Source: Asterionella formosa (taxonomy: Eukaryota). Taken from it: a stretch of DNA of 64,000 nucleotides. Position numbers and translations under genes: made by a program. The notes below the pieces were generated by a model. The model made no database searches and was not told where the DNA came from. It saw only the letters and a program-made list of their open reading frames with translations. Shown here one piece after another: positions 12,369 through 24,714 of the stretch (position 1 is the stretch's first letter; every line of letters starts with the position of its first letter). Location: the NCBI GenBank assembly GCA_002256025.1, contig NKIB01012257.1, positions 1 to 64,000 of the forward strand. The letters are read 5' to 3'.

Positions 12369-13872
12369 TTTGTGGAGGTGTGTCAGGAGGCAGAAAATAA
12401 AAATACCAAATTCCTCTTGCTTTTATTGTTCCTGCACTCAATGTCTTATAATACCAGTGGTATCGGTATAATTATAAAATAATGACTGCAATTACGAAAA
12501 GGAGCTGAATTACTCCTTCGCCCCCACCCCTGCTTTGCTGCTTCGATGATGAAAGCTGATCATGGCAACACCACCAGCCATCATCGTGACTACCGGTAGA
12601 CTGTAATCTACTTGAACTTCATCGTAGGTACTGTACAACCAACGTACGGACTTGACTCCCATGTGGTTGTTGTTCTGCTCCGTTCGATATCTTTACATAC
12701 ATTCGTGACAATCTGTCTTTTACTGTACATTGCTACGTGCACACACAACCATCAAACACTGCATGATAATAAACACAATGCTGTTGAATGGCTGATGTAT
12801 TAAGTGCCTTTACCGGCAAATACCGGTACGTTAGAATTCATTTGTTTGCTCTTAAATCATTTTTGTGCAACGAAAATGTGTTGATGTAAACAACTGCAAA
12901 CTACATATAAATGAATACCTGATTGGTATCTACGGTACCTGGTACCTTGGAATTCCTACACTTTGCATGCATGCATACCCTCGGCTCGTAGTTGTCATTG
13001 ATCATATCATACGACATCTATCATGTGGTTTTCGTCGTCGTCATTCCTCTGTGGGTGAATATACAAAATAAGGTCTGTTTGAGGTTGGTTTTTGTATAAT
13101 CATCACATTTACCTATTATATGTATTTTCCACATTAATAACATGGTATAAAGAGTGCGAAATACACCTCAAGGCCCTGTATGTATGTGATTCAGACGGAG
13201 TAGTAGATGCAGTACCAGTAGAGTTGTGTTGAACAAACGTATAACAGAATTGCTATTTTATAACTAACATGATCACTGAATAAAAAATAAAGAAAAATGA
13301 GCCATTAAGGTATATTAAATGTCATGTATTAAGTGCCTTATTGTTCATCTCTTGTGATGGTCTCCATCCTCACTTTTGTTTGGTTTCCAAGATATTCAAT
13401 AATCATCATGTCCTCTTGCATTGGCTTTGTTAAGAATGTCCTATGCAATGGTATTTTTATTCCATCCAAAGGTATGTGTGAGCTGTCCATGATGACATTT
13501 TCATCATTTACACTTCAGTACCCTTGATACCTTGTTTTCATTGTACAGCTTTTGTCGTAGCAAAATAAGAGAATGTAGGTGTTCAAGAATCCAATTCATA
13601 TTGGTGTCCCTCATGAAGTACTGTCAATTGACTTCATGATAGAGTGCATGAGAAAATGTTGATTGAGTTAATCGTTGAATTTTTTACAATAATGTTGTAT
13701 TGATGTCTTTGACCAGTGTTGGAAGGCCAATTATATGAGATTCATTCACTCAACCACAGAGCATTCCTAGAGATTTCTAGGACCCATGCCATTGAAAATG
13801 GAGCCACTCGTCCTCTTTTTTATTTTTGAACAGGAGACGAGACAGTCAAATGACTTGAATCTGTATCCTTAC

Positions 13873-14565
13873 TTATGTCACATGCCTTCTGGGTTCGTCA
13901 GAAGATAGGATCTCTCCTCGGCATAAGGTAATCTTGCGGTGTGATTTGGCAAACAATTCGGGTTTGTGGGTCACGCAAAATATAATAGCGCCTTGTTCAG
14001 CCATCTGTACCAGTGATTCTTCCACTTTCCTCACAACTGCCGATGTTTCCTTATCCATCCATTCGTCCAACAGCAAGAGGGGAGCACTATTGTTGGAACA
14101 CTGACCACAACACGCTTGCAGTAACGCATATTTAAACACTTGCGACGGGGATAGTTCGGAAAACGTCAAGGAAAGGTCCAACTCCAGTATAGAGTTCCAG
14201 CGATCAATATCGTTTGTACCTGTTATTGTATCTCTGATGGGTTTCTGGAAGGTTGGGCTATCCGGTTTTCTGTCTAAATAAATAGGTTGGACGGAGGGAT
14301 CTGAAAGCGCAATCGACGTTGACCCTTGTAGTATACATTGCAAGACGGTCGACTTTCCAGAACTCGAGGCTCCCACCAGTAAAATTAGCTCCGACTCCGC
14401 TACTAGGGATATCGACTTGAGAGCGTATTCTCGAACCGGAACACTCGATGTCAATGTGCGCCAAACGTTGGTAGGAAATTGTTTGGATAGATTATCAATG
14501 GATATTCGAAGTGACCAGCAGCTGCTGGGCCACAAAAGTAACGATATGGCGATTCTTGAAAGCAT
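13873..14565 (-). CDS. Stand-alone ABC-type ATP-binding protein with N-terminal signal peptide
   Basis: Walker A GASSSGKST, Walker B LLLLDE, H-loop VTHK and a degenerate signature LSPSQ. Hydrophobic N-terminus. Confidence 0.8.
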   Translation of the reverse strand: MLSRIAISLLLWPSSCWSLRISIDNLSKQFPTNVWRTLTSSVPVREYALKSISLVAESELILLVGASSSGKSTVLQCILQGSTSIALSDPSVQPIYLDRKPDSPTFQKPIRDTITGTNDIDRWNSILELDLSLTFSELSPSQVFKYALLQACCGQCSNNSAPLLLLDEWMDKETSAVVRKVEESLVQMAEQGAIIFCVTHKPELFAKSHRKITLCRGEILSSDEPRRHVT

Positions 14566-15089
14566 TATCAACGTTCATGGCCATGTCGTTTACCGGTATA
14601 CGTGCTCCATTGACCCACCCATGCATCGTTGGCAATGGGATGGATTACGGCTTCTTTTCACGGATGACAATTGAGGAAAACGCTTCTCTAAAATTACAAA
14701 AATATGGATATGATGTTTGTTCTCACTTTTGACAAGGTCTTGTTTTTCCGCAATATGAAAATAGCCCATTTCGCTCCCCTTTTGCACCGATTTTGCTAAA
14801 TATAGGTAGCCTGGACAGCAAAATTTAGATCCAAATAGCTGAAATTATTTCGGGAGTACAGGTATGTACGGACAAACAAGAAAAACTTGTCCGCAGTATT
14901 CGGACAAATACCATTTTTCAAAAAGAGATGGCGCCCGGTACCGTAAAACCACATCCTCACAAAGAAGTCACTTCGTTGGCCGCTGACTCACATTCCGGTA
15001 TTCACCTTCCCTTGATTTCGAAATGTCACTCGAATTTTGTTTCACCACAATGGCGGTCGATATAATCACGTTATTACAACAAACCCATC

Positions 15090-15872
15090 ATGTTGGTAGC
15101 ATCGTTCGTGTTGCTATCTAGCATGATAATGTCACGGATTCTCGCATTTCCACGCCAAACTCAATTTCTATCAAAAAATAAACCATGTTGTCACAGTCCA
15201 ACACGTCGTTTTGGGACATTTTATAATGCCCGATTTGACTGCTGGAGACCGGACGTTCAAGACGTCGAACGAATTTCGTTTGGAAAGCCTGCCAAGAAGA
15301 AAGGAACTGGATCTCGTGGAGTTCCTCATCGACTCAATAATGATGAGCGTTTCTTGTTTGATCTGGCCCGTTCCAAAGGACTATTGGTTGTAGCCGGGTC
15401 GGCATGGAGGAGTCAACGCCGTGATGCACCACTGTTGAATACGTATCGATCTTTGTGTGATGCCAAGGGACAAGCATGTATTGTATTGCACAAGGGAAAT
15501 CAAGGTGTAGATTCTCTTGTGGTGGACATTAGTCCTTTGAGAGTGCCAGAGTCGTTCCAAAACATTGCCAAGACGTGTGTTGAACAAGTTGGTATGACTG
15601 GCACTATTGTGTCTGGATCGGAAGTAACATTACAGGACGATGAACAAATAGAAATTATAAATTCAACTGACGATCCATGGGAGTCAAGACCAATCTATCA
15701 GTTGCCTCCCTTTTCCATTGCCTGGGAACTCGAACGAACCGAAGCCAAGGAATTGGGCAAAATCCTTGTAGACCTCTTTAAAACGGCTGAAGGCAAAAGA
15801 GCAGCTTCTATCAAATCAATTGGTATTAAACCAGGAAAATCAAGAAGACACGGTGGATACGGAATCGGATAA
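15090..15872 (+). CDS. Hypothetical protein, probably plastid-targeted
   Basis: Intact 260-aa ORF with a signal peptide ending ILA-FP and a basic, conserved-looking core (GSRGVPHRLN). Confidence 0.7.
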   Translation: MLVASFVLLSSMIMSRILAFPRQTQFLSKNKPCCHSPTRRFGTFYNARFDCWRPDVQDVERISFGKPAKKKGTGSRGVPHRLNNDERFLFDLARSKGLLVVAGSAWRSQRRDAPLLNTYRSLCDAKGQACIVLHKGNQGVDSLVVDISPLRVPESFQNIAKTCVEQVGMTGTIVSGSEVTLQDDEQIEIINSTDDPWESRPIYQLPPFSIAWELERTEAKELGKILVDLFKTAEGKRAASIKSIGIKPGKSRRHGGYGIG

Positions 15873-15986
15873 GTAATTGCCCTTATGGTCCAACAACACT
15901 ATCTATAGCACTGTAATAAGTAGCTAGCTAGATTACTTTTTCAAAGTGTATCAATCCTCCTTCTCAGCATACATTTGTTCCTCTCA

Positions 15987-16688
15987 TTAAAACGGAAGTT
16001 GGATGGAAGGCAGTTCAAAAGAGGGAAGTGTCGGCAATGATGGAAGTGTTACAAATCCATCAACTATCAAGTTTTGAGTGAAGGAAAAGAACCCAGCCAC
16101 GGCCACCAACAATCCCAAAAATGCCACTTCTTTTGGAGCTGGACTATACGGAGCCAACATACGAGCAACATAGGAAGCTCCCAACCCTACACTCACCACA
16201 GTCGCGATAGTCAACCCAGTTCCGACACTTCCCACGTCTCCCGATGTGACCATGGGACCACTCACCAACACCAATACCGCTGCGGCGACTGCTGCGGGAA
16301 CCAATACCTTGGCGTTGTCCAAGGAGGGAAGTTGAAGGAAACTATACAGAGCTTCACCAACACAGACAATAGCAAGGCCGTATGTTTCTTGTCCTAGTAC
16401 CAAACTAACCGTCTCCATACTGAGGCCATTAAGTGTGGGTGCCACTGTTGCAGCGACAGTGTCGAGCTTGGCAATTGTGTCGTCCGCCATTGAGGAAAGA
16501 TTGTCCAATAAGGCAGCATTCGGTGTATCCATATCAGGCATTGACTCAATAGCTGACTTGTATCCACTTACATCAACGAGGTCCGAATTTGCCATTCGCA
16601 GGCTCAATGTTGATTGAAAAGCGTGTCGGGGCACCGTATGGACAAACGCCGACGAAATGGCCAAAAAACTTAGGAGGAAGATTCTCAT
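15987..16688 (-). CDS. Plastid-targeted multi-pass membrane protein of unknown function
   Basis: Bipartite presequence ISSA-FV plus a Ser/Arg transit region, followed by about 4 hydrophobic segments. Confidence 0.8.
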   Translation of the reverse strand: MRIFLLSFLAISSAFVHTVPRHAFQSTLSLRMANSDLVDVSGYKSAIESMPDMDTPNAALLDNLSSMADDTIAKLDTVAATVAPTLNGLSMETVSLVLGQETYGLAIVCVGEALYSFLQLPSLDNAKVLVPAAVAAAVLVLVSGPMVTSGDVGSVGTGLTIATVVSVGLGASYVARMLAPYSPAPKEVAFLGLLVAVAGFFSFTQNLIVDGFVTLPSLPTLPSFELPSIQLPF

Positions 16689-17096
16689 GATTGCAGTTTC
16701 TCTGTTCTTTTGAGTATTCGGTAAAGAATAATTGCAGACGTTTACGTATTAAGTCAAATGAGTAAATGAAATAGAGAGCGACGAGGATGAGTCGATTGGT
16801 CCTTGTGGTATTTGATGTGCGGTTTCGGAGAGCGAATCCATGATTTGTCATTTCTCAGTTGTTATTTTGCATATATTTCATACATCGGCGGACGCGTCGC
16901 CTTCCTCCACAATTATGTATTACTATGTAGAGCTAGTATGAAGTAATCACTGCATACTGGTATATCATACGTATATATGGTGAAAACTACTCATACAACA
17001 CGGAGCTAGAGTGACGCAGGAAATTGCCTCCAAGTGTCGCTCGCCACTTCAACATGTGCCGTCCGAGAATTGTTCAACAAAATCATAGCCACCACC

Positions 17097-17886
17097 ATGA
17101 TGACACCCACAAGGATCTCTCGCTTCTTAATTATTGCGGCCTTACCTTTAGTGGTCGCATTTACAATTCCTGCTATTTCTTCCACACCTAGTCGATTGCA
17201 TTCTTCAAATAATGATTTGTTGACACCAGACTACGAAATTGAAAAGTTGCCTTTTCGTATTGGCCATGGGTTTGACATTCATCGGATGGCTCCAATTCAG
17301 GATGCTGGTCAACCTATTGTGATTGGTGGTGTTGTCATTGATCATTTGGATCAAAAGGTGTGTGGATATTTGGGTGGTTTGTGCTTTCGTGACTACCAAT
17401 ATTTTTATTTTCTAGCTGAACCCCTATTTTTGTTGTCGCCAGTGGACTGATGCCGATGGAAAGTACGTGGACAAGGGAGACATTTATGAAACACAACTAG
17501 GCGTCGTGGCTCATTCTGACGGTGATGTCATTTATCACTCTGTAGTGGATGCCATTTTTGGAGCATTAACACTTCCTGATATTGGTCAAGTTTTTCAAGA
17601 CACTGACCCTCGGTGGAGGGGGTGTGATTCTTCCAAATTTATGGAACATGCTTATAACATTATGAAGAGCTACGGTTATAAGATTGGAAACGTGGATGTT
17701 ACTTTGATTCTCGAGCGTCCTAAAGTGGCGTCTTTCAAACCAAGAATGAAGGAAAATATTGTGCGATTGCTGGATACGACCCCAGGACGAGTCAATATCA
17801 AAGCGCGAACACATGAACGACTGGACAGTATCGGTGAACTGCGGTCACTGAGTTGTCATGTGGTACTAACGCTGGAATTAGCGTAG
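17097..17886 (+). CDS. ispF: 2-C-methyl-D-erythritol 2,4-cyclodiphosphate synthase (MEP pathway), plastid-targeted; exons 17097-17357 and 17443-17886
   Basis: RIGHGFDIH, AHSDGDV..HSVVDAIFGA…DIGQVF, GNVDVTLILERPK, VNIKART. Phase-0 intron GTGTGT…CCAG. VVA-FT presequence. Confidence 0.96.
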
Positions 17887-17982
17887 AGAATATAATAGAG
17901 TTGCTTGCTAGATATTTGTTCTTGTCGGTGTTACTGGACAAACGTGTTTGTTTGGCATTAGGTACTACCGTTGCGGTCATGG

Positions 17983-19053
17983 TCACGGTTGTGATTCCTC
18001 AGGAGCATCTTCTGTAGACGTCACAGGCTCCGGATACACCTGTCCCCATAGTTCGTTCAACATATGAATACACGCTCGATTGTTGGCCACCCAAACTAAG
18101 AACTTGGCCGCTTGTGTCGGTGTCAAAATAGCTCTTACGTGGTTGAATTCCGTGGCCAAGTCATCGCCCATTTGTGCGAGCCGTTCTCTTAGTTCCCCCA
18201 CCACGGCCAAGGACGTTTTCAAGGAATTATCCAGTTCTTGTGCAACTGCGCGGCTGTCTTTGAGGGCAGACGCTTGTTCTGGTGTCACGTCGAGATACTG
18301 CACAAGATATTGGAACATGGCCTTTGGGTCCAAAGAGGCTAGATCTTGACTGGATAATGGAACATCGACAGGGTGAACCACGGCGGCGGTGACGGACGAT
18401 GCATCAGATGTAGTGCTCGTAGTAACCTTGTTGTTATTGGCAGCCACAGTCCCTTGTAATGCTCTCATGGCTACTGATGTCGTTTGTGTAGGCATCAAAA
18501 GTCGTTCAATATTAGCCAAATGAAATTCAATTGCAGATCGCTTGTCTCTACCGTAATCCGCAAATTTCTCTTTGAAGGTTTCAATGTTGGCATAAATCTC
18601 TGCTTCTGAAGCTCCAGACTTAAGCATGGAGTCAATTTCTTCCGTCACTCGTTCTTGCTCGTCACGGAGTGTATCTTCGGCCTCCTTTCCAATCTACATT
18701 CGTATACGTAGGGGACAACAAGTCATTGAGAAAGAGCAGACCGAATTTTTGGTACACATCATGAGAAACAAATGAATATAACACCGTTTTATGTCTCCTT
18801 TCCTTACCTGCAATTGAAGTCTCAAACGAATGTTCTCTCCCTCCAGCACATTCATTTCATGTTCCATATTTTCCGTCGCTTCCCTCTTTCGCCTTCGACA
18901 TTCTCGAGCACTCAATCGATTCTTTTCCAATCGCCGTAGCTTTTTCTCGGACAAGTCTCGCCCATCCTTGGTAGTTGTCTTGAGCGATCGTTTCGTAGCA
19001 CCTAGTGGATCATCCCGCTTGAATGTATCTTCGTTGCCACTGGAACTACTCAT
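17983..19053 (-). CDS. bZIP transcription factor; exons 19053-18808 and 18693-17983, ~318 aa
   Basis: Basic region KKLRRLEKNRLSARECRRRKRE plus zipper. A GTAAGG…GTAG intron gives an in-frame join. C-terminal ILTPTQAAKFLVWV is DOG1-like. Confidence 0.9.
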
Positions 19054-19639
19054 GTCCGCTCTGTAAGAAGCGTTTCAGTTTGTACTTTGGAGTCGTTATC
19101 GAAGAATAAGTTCGTCAATAGAGAGCCAAAGTGGATAGGAGGTAGGAACGGAACGTTAAACCTGTGGGCGAGATTGCTATACACCACAGAAAGCAAGCAG
19201 GGGGGTGAAGATAAATAATCAGTGCTTTTTGCTTGAGATGTGGCTGTTCTGTTGATGTGAAATGAATGAGCCTCAGGCATCAGTGACCGGTAATACCATG
19301 TGGATACAACGAAGCAATCATAGCATACATGCAGCCAGTATAGGTACACCCCATGTCAAAGAAGTGAGCACTTTTGTAGTACCTTTACTTACTACCGCAC
19401 TACCAAGCGATAGTTATCACTCTTGGTCGAATGAGTCGCCTTTGGTTGTTTAAGCTCCTCCCATCATCAATCAGATGTACCAGGTACTGGTACCTGTACT
19501 CACAGTATGAATTATCTCAAGAAAGAATCATTTACATTTCATTTAACTTTTGATATTGGTTTGAACAAATGATTGATTGGTGGCTGAATAAGTCTAGAAT
19601 GAGACTGTTTCTGAACAGAGTCAATTATTGAAGCAATGG

Positions 19640-20600
19640 GAGCTCCTGCAATGGTTGCAACAAATTTGTTAAGTTTGGAGGGAAGAATTGAACATGTATC
19701 CTCATAAAAAATGTGAAAAGGGGCATTATCTAAGGATAAAATAATCTTTCTGATCTGAGATCCAAGAACATATTCAAATCCAATAGATATTTACTGAAAT
19801 TTTGTTAATCATCCATGTTTCACTGCTGGATTTGTACACATCTGTGAAGTGGCTCAAATCAATGTTACAAAAACAACAAGGATTATTGGATTCCCCAAAA
19901 ATTAAAAGTGGCTTGAGTTTTTTCCAGCTGCCCTCCATGTCAAAGCAACTTTCCTCATTTTTCCTCCTTTGTACTATTTTGCTACTTGACTGAGCTTGGA
20001 ATTGGGGAGAGCATGATATAAGTATCTGGTCTCATCCATACTGAAAAGTTCAGCTGGATTCTATCCATAAGAAATAGTAAATAAGCTTTCCATTCTTCAG
20101 CCTTATCATTCATCATGTCTAGATTCCCAGACTCTCCATAAGTGCCATAGGCTTTGACATAGTGTCTTTTCTTCCAGTTTTTATGCAAGCCATTAGAAAC
20201 CTTAAAATTATGACCTGCTTTGAAAGTTTTGTTTTGTAGGATGGGTCTACTAATCAAATATCCATTTGCATGAGCAGTACAAAACAATGTCTGCTGTCAC
20301 TCACCACCCAATAAGTTTGATCTGACTGTGTTTATTTCATGGATCAAGTCATTGTTATCAATAAAGAATGAAAATGTGAATACTTAGATACTCCAATCAG
20401 GGCATGCAATGGAAAAGAATTTACAACAAATTGCTATCTCCTGATTGTCTTGTGTTTTGCAAGATTTTTGCTCCCGAAAAAGAGCATTTGCATATGATTG
20501 GGATTCGCAGATGTATTTTTTGATATACCTACCAACAATGCACATACTCTTGGATGTGATTTGTTTTTAGCAGGAGTTCCCATGATATCACTTTTGGACC
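19640..20600 (-). mobile_element. Decayed pogo/Tigger (Tc1/mariner superfamily) transposase
   Basis: Motifs appear in the correct order across frameshifts: FKVSNGLHKNWKKRH…GESG, ELFSMDETRYLYHALP, DMEGSWKKLKPLLIFGESNNPCCF, LDNAPFH, QFFPPNLTNLLQPL. Confidence 0.85.
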
Positions 20601-20943
20601 TCTTGGTGAATTTGACTAGTATAGGTGGTGTAGAGGATGACAGTTTGTTCCCTGCCATGGAAAACTCGCCAGTCAGGTTGGGGCAAGTCTGTTGACTGCT
20701 TGTGGGCTAGAAGAAATGATTTGTCCTGATCTGAGCACATATCAAGCAGTGATAGTCAAGGCTGCTAGTGATTGATCATGGTTCAAAATTGTTCAAATCA
20801 AACTAGAAGGGAGTAAACATTTGTGTCCACTCTTTGATACAAAATGATGGGTTGAAAATCTTGAATTGGCCTTGCGAAATTTTGTGCTCAACAATGGTCT
20901 CAAAAGCTTTATAGATATTAGAATAACAGATCTACAACAAAAA

Positions 20944-21810
20944 TTATGATGCATCAACCAATCCACACACTTCAATTGCAATGTTTCGCAGTCTCTCAGC
21001 ATCCTTCCGATTCGGCACTTCCAACTGTACTCCTGGCATCATGAACCTAGATTTTTTCCACCATTGCGGATTGTACTCTGGCGGAACATCACCTACCAGC
21101 ACACAGTACAATACACAAGCTTGCAACCATGTCCCATGAGGACTTGGGTGGTGGTTGTCAACGTAGAAAAGTTTTTCCCACAATTTTCGATCTGTGTTGT
21201 GCACTTGCAAAAAAGCTTGCCCAACAGGTGCAACTACAGGCTTCTGAGACTCTGGAAGCAGATCCGACAAGACTGCCGCATAGGTTTGGTACCCTTCAGA
21301 AATGCTCTTAGTAAAGTCCTCGACTGATCCGAGATCGTCACTTCCCTTGGTGGGCTTTCGATATGCAGCTGTTTGAAGAAACACGGGCGTGGCTCGGGAC
21401 TCAGCCAAGAGTGGGAAGTAGAGCGCCTGAAGGGATGAAGCGCTCATGTGTCGAGTTTTCAACCGCGCTGGACCTTGCGTGTAGTCGTTAATGACGATAA
21501 AGTCCCATTGTGACGATAGCATTTCCTCGACAGTGTCAGCGCCAATATCACTGTGAGGGTCTTTGCTGGTGAATTTATCTTGCATGCCATTCCCCTCTCT
21601 CCAAAGAGAAGTCAGGGTAGCCCCTCCTCTCAGACAAGAATCTTGTTTCACGTGACGGAATTTGACTTGTAGCATCTGTTCCAACAAGCGAGGGCTGTCG
21701 TTGAAATACTGGATGGAATTGCCGAGAAAACCAACCTTGATTTCCTCGCCACTTGCGACCATGATGGACAGCGAAAGGGTCCAGAGGGAAGTGAGATAGG
21801 ATGAGACCAT
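20944..21810 (-). CDS. Secreted SGNH/GDSL-type hydrolase
   Basis: Signal peptide, block I FLGNSI, WDFIVINDYT, VAPVGQAF and C-terminal DNHHPS (DxxH). Confidence 0.85.
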   Translation of the reverse strand: MVSSYLTSLWTLSLSIMVASGEEIKVGFLGNSIQYFNDSPRLLEQMLQVKFRHVKQDSCLRGGATLTSLWREGNGMQDKFTSKDPHSDIGADTVEEMLSSQWDFIVINDYTQGPARLKTRHMSASSLQALYFPLLAESRATPVFLQTAAYRKPTKGSDDLGSVEDFTKSISEGYQTYAAVLSDLLPESQKPVVAPVGQAFLQVHNTDRKLWEKLFYVDNHHPSPHGTWLQACVLYCVLVGDVPPEYNPQWWKKSRFMMPGVQLEVPNRKDAERLRNIAIEVCGLVDAS

Positions 21811-22226
21811 GAACGAGCCTTTATGAATGGGGGGACGGAAGTTACAAATGTGACCAAGAAGTTTTCTAATGATGCGACGAAGCCGTACCAGACTGATGGT
21901 TGATGCTGATGAGGCGACAACATTTTGGCTGTACTTTACTAACTACGGGTAAATGTATGAATGTAGTCGGCGTACTGTACTCACTATTTATGTGTGTAAA
22001 ATTGGGAGACAATGAATAGCGGACGTATCTCTGTTAAGAACCGCCCTAATAAATATACCATCAGCCTAATGATTATTGCCATCCGCAACATAATAATGAC
22101 CCGAAACTTCAATTGGCTTGGTCTTGGGTCGATCCGTTGGAGATGCTCTAAAATAATAAGAACGAGTCAAAATTCCGAACTCGACCTTGCAGCTCAACGA
22201 AGCACTCACCATTGCTACTAAAAATA

Positions 22227-22817
22227 ATGACGACGGGACTTCTTTCTTCTCTCTGTCGATCCAACCGCGGCATTCTTCGTCACAAACTTGCATTGATTGA
22301 TGCGTTGGTCAATCGCTTTGGACCCGACGAAGCCAAGGATTGGTACAAATCGCCATGTCAACTCGTGGGCGCGTCGATGGGCCAGCATATCCGACATTCC
22401 ATGGATCACATGGAGCTCACTATTCTACTAGCAGCAACAGCAAATGGTAGAGAAAGCAATATGCCAGTGTTGCATTATGATTTACGCGTCCGAGGAGGAA
22501 CCCTAGAGCATGACATGGACGAAGCGAAGAAACGGATAAGCAATTTATCCGAAATGTTGAACCAAGTGCAGGCAGATTGCGGATTACCAGTCCAGGCTCA
22601 TTTTATGCTGGATGGACAAGGTCAAGAGGTGCAATTCAATTCAACATTAGCCCGAGAGTTAGGGTTTGTTGCTCATCATGCAATACACCACATGGCCATG
22701 ATCAAAGTAATAGCCATTCATCATGTAGGGTTGGCTTCGAAAGATTTACCAGAGGATTTCGGACGAGCACCGAGTACATTGCACCATGATTTTACAATAG
22801 CTGGACATTCTACGTAA
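22227..22817 (+). CDS. DinB/YfiT-superfamily protein
   Basis: SMGQHIRHSMDH, HYDLRVRG, STLARELGFVAHHAIHHMAMI, FGRAPST. Confidence 0.85.
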   Translation: MTTGLLSSLCRSNRGILRHKLALIDALVNRFGPDEAKDWYKSPCQLVGASMGQHIRHSMDHMELTILLAATANGRESNMPVLHYDLRVRGGTLEHDMDEAKKRISNLSEMLNQVQADCGLPVQAHFMLDGQGQEVQFNSTLARELGFVAHHAIHHMAMIKVIAIHHVGLASKDLPEDFGRAPSTLHHDFTIAGHST

Positions 22818-24448
22818 GCAACTTGTTGCATCAAATTCCGGCCCTTACTAGTCTAATTACCGTAGGGATACATATTATATATTACTACTGTGTTGCCACC
22901 ATTTGCTTTTTCTTTCAGATCTTGAACAGTATGTTACTATAATTCACACAATTTTGACTTCATTGTGTTCTTTTCTTGTCATATTTGGAGTCGTTGCCAG
23001 CAAGAGATTACACATGTCATTTGCTAAGGCCCTTGCTTACCAGTTGGAAATTCGTATTCAGAAACTTTACCAAATTTTTAGATTTCTACGAAATCCGATG
23101 CCAAAAAGGACATTCCTTACCGCACCGGACTTCCATTTTGGGAATAGTCAGAAGTTTTTTGGACAGCCGTTCCTTGCCATCCGGAATTTCCATCAGATCG
23201 GTAGTAAAATGATGATGATAAACATTGTGTTTGCTTGGTACTGGTGCCTCAACGTTCCATTAATTTATCAGTTGACAGAGATGATGCACTGTCAGCCAAC
23301 AAATAACCTTCTGCATCATTTCTTTCTATTCCTGATTTGAGTTCTTCAAGGAAATCAAAATTTGCTGCAGCAAGCAACAATCATATGAATCTTTTACCTT
23401 ACAATCAAAATTTTGTAGGGGACCCGAAATATTTTCCTGAAAACTGTACCAATAAGCCATTTATCTGGTTTCCATATGCTACCTGTGGATGTTTTGTTGA
23501 TGCAGTCATCAACCTTGATAGAAAAATGAGCTCTTTGCCACTGTTTCAGGACCAAACTGATGCCTTGCTTGTTTGCATGAAACATTATTCAGCACTGGCT
23601 GATATCTTTTCTTCATCATCTGAGCTAGTATCCTCAGCAATCAAGTCCAACACTTGATTGATTATGATATTGTAGAGAGTATCTTGCCAAGGATCAAATC
23701 ATCATTGTTTCCAAATGTGATTTTAAGTTTCCGAAGAAAATCATCTGCATCCCGAAAATCGATGATATTTCTGACATTACTGAAAATATTTTGAGTTTCA
23801 GAAATTCAAAACCCAGCAAATTCATGTTTCCAATGTGATAAGGAATGATTTTTGGTAAAACGTCACAGGAAATTTGAGTCACGAGTTAGTTTCCATAGCA
23901 TTAAATAAGCATTGGCCTACCGTACCTGGGCGGACCAGCAACTTGAATGAATCATTGGGCGGATATGTAATAAGGTATCAGTACCGTGTACGTGGTACAG
24001 TACCTAGGCACCTGATACCACTCCGAGTACAAGCAAGCAGCATCCATGCTGGTGCCCCTTATAGTGCACGTGCCAAGCTCCTGACACATCGTTCATATAA
24101 AGGGTATTGGGTACACCAGGCAGCACAGTATGTCTTACTATCGTACCCCGGGGATGATATGTACAACTGCGGTTGGTTCTTCTTTGCGTACTGGTATGTG
24201 TGATCGATGTGCATTGATTTACGTACAACCGCTATTGCGTTTCGAGGGTTGCCATGTAATTATGCATATGCACCGGGTATGATAGTCATACCTGTTTATA
24301 TATTTCATGTAGACTATGCACTGCATGTGAATAACTGGACAGTACATAGGTAAATACCACGGATTATAAATAAAGGGAAAATGACAAAGAATGATGTCCT
24401 ACTGACAAAAGGAGACATAAAACGATAAAATAAAATGATGTATACCAG

Positions 24449-24536
24449 CAAGTTGCGGTAATTTTGCTGAAGCTAAAGATTTAGCTATCTTTATCCTAGA
24501 TTAAAATGGAAGTTTGAGCAAAATGACCGCAACCTG
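24449..24536. mobile_element. 88-bp micro-MITE-like element with 20-bp terminal inverted repeats
   Basis: CAAGTTGCGGTAATTTTGCT … AGCAAAATGACCGCAACCTG (18/20 complementary). A related copy lies at 55503-55538. Confidence 0.6.
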
Positions 24537-24714
24537 TAGTATATATGTTATGTATACATTAAATGTACTACCTGTACCCGTGCTGGTACGAGCGCTCTAT
24601 AAAACTAGAAAACCATCAAGCATCGAAATATTTGGGGCTCTGATTTGTGCCGTCGATACCGGTACTTCCACTGTCATTCACCATCCAATAAAATATCTTT
24701 TTCCACAAGCAAGA

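Noticed and set aside
22900..23880. Short ORFs on both strands
   Set aside because: Stop-ridden and CpG-poor. Probably a TE relic, but no motif was recognised.
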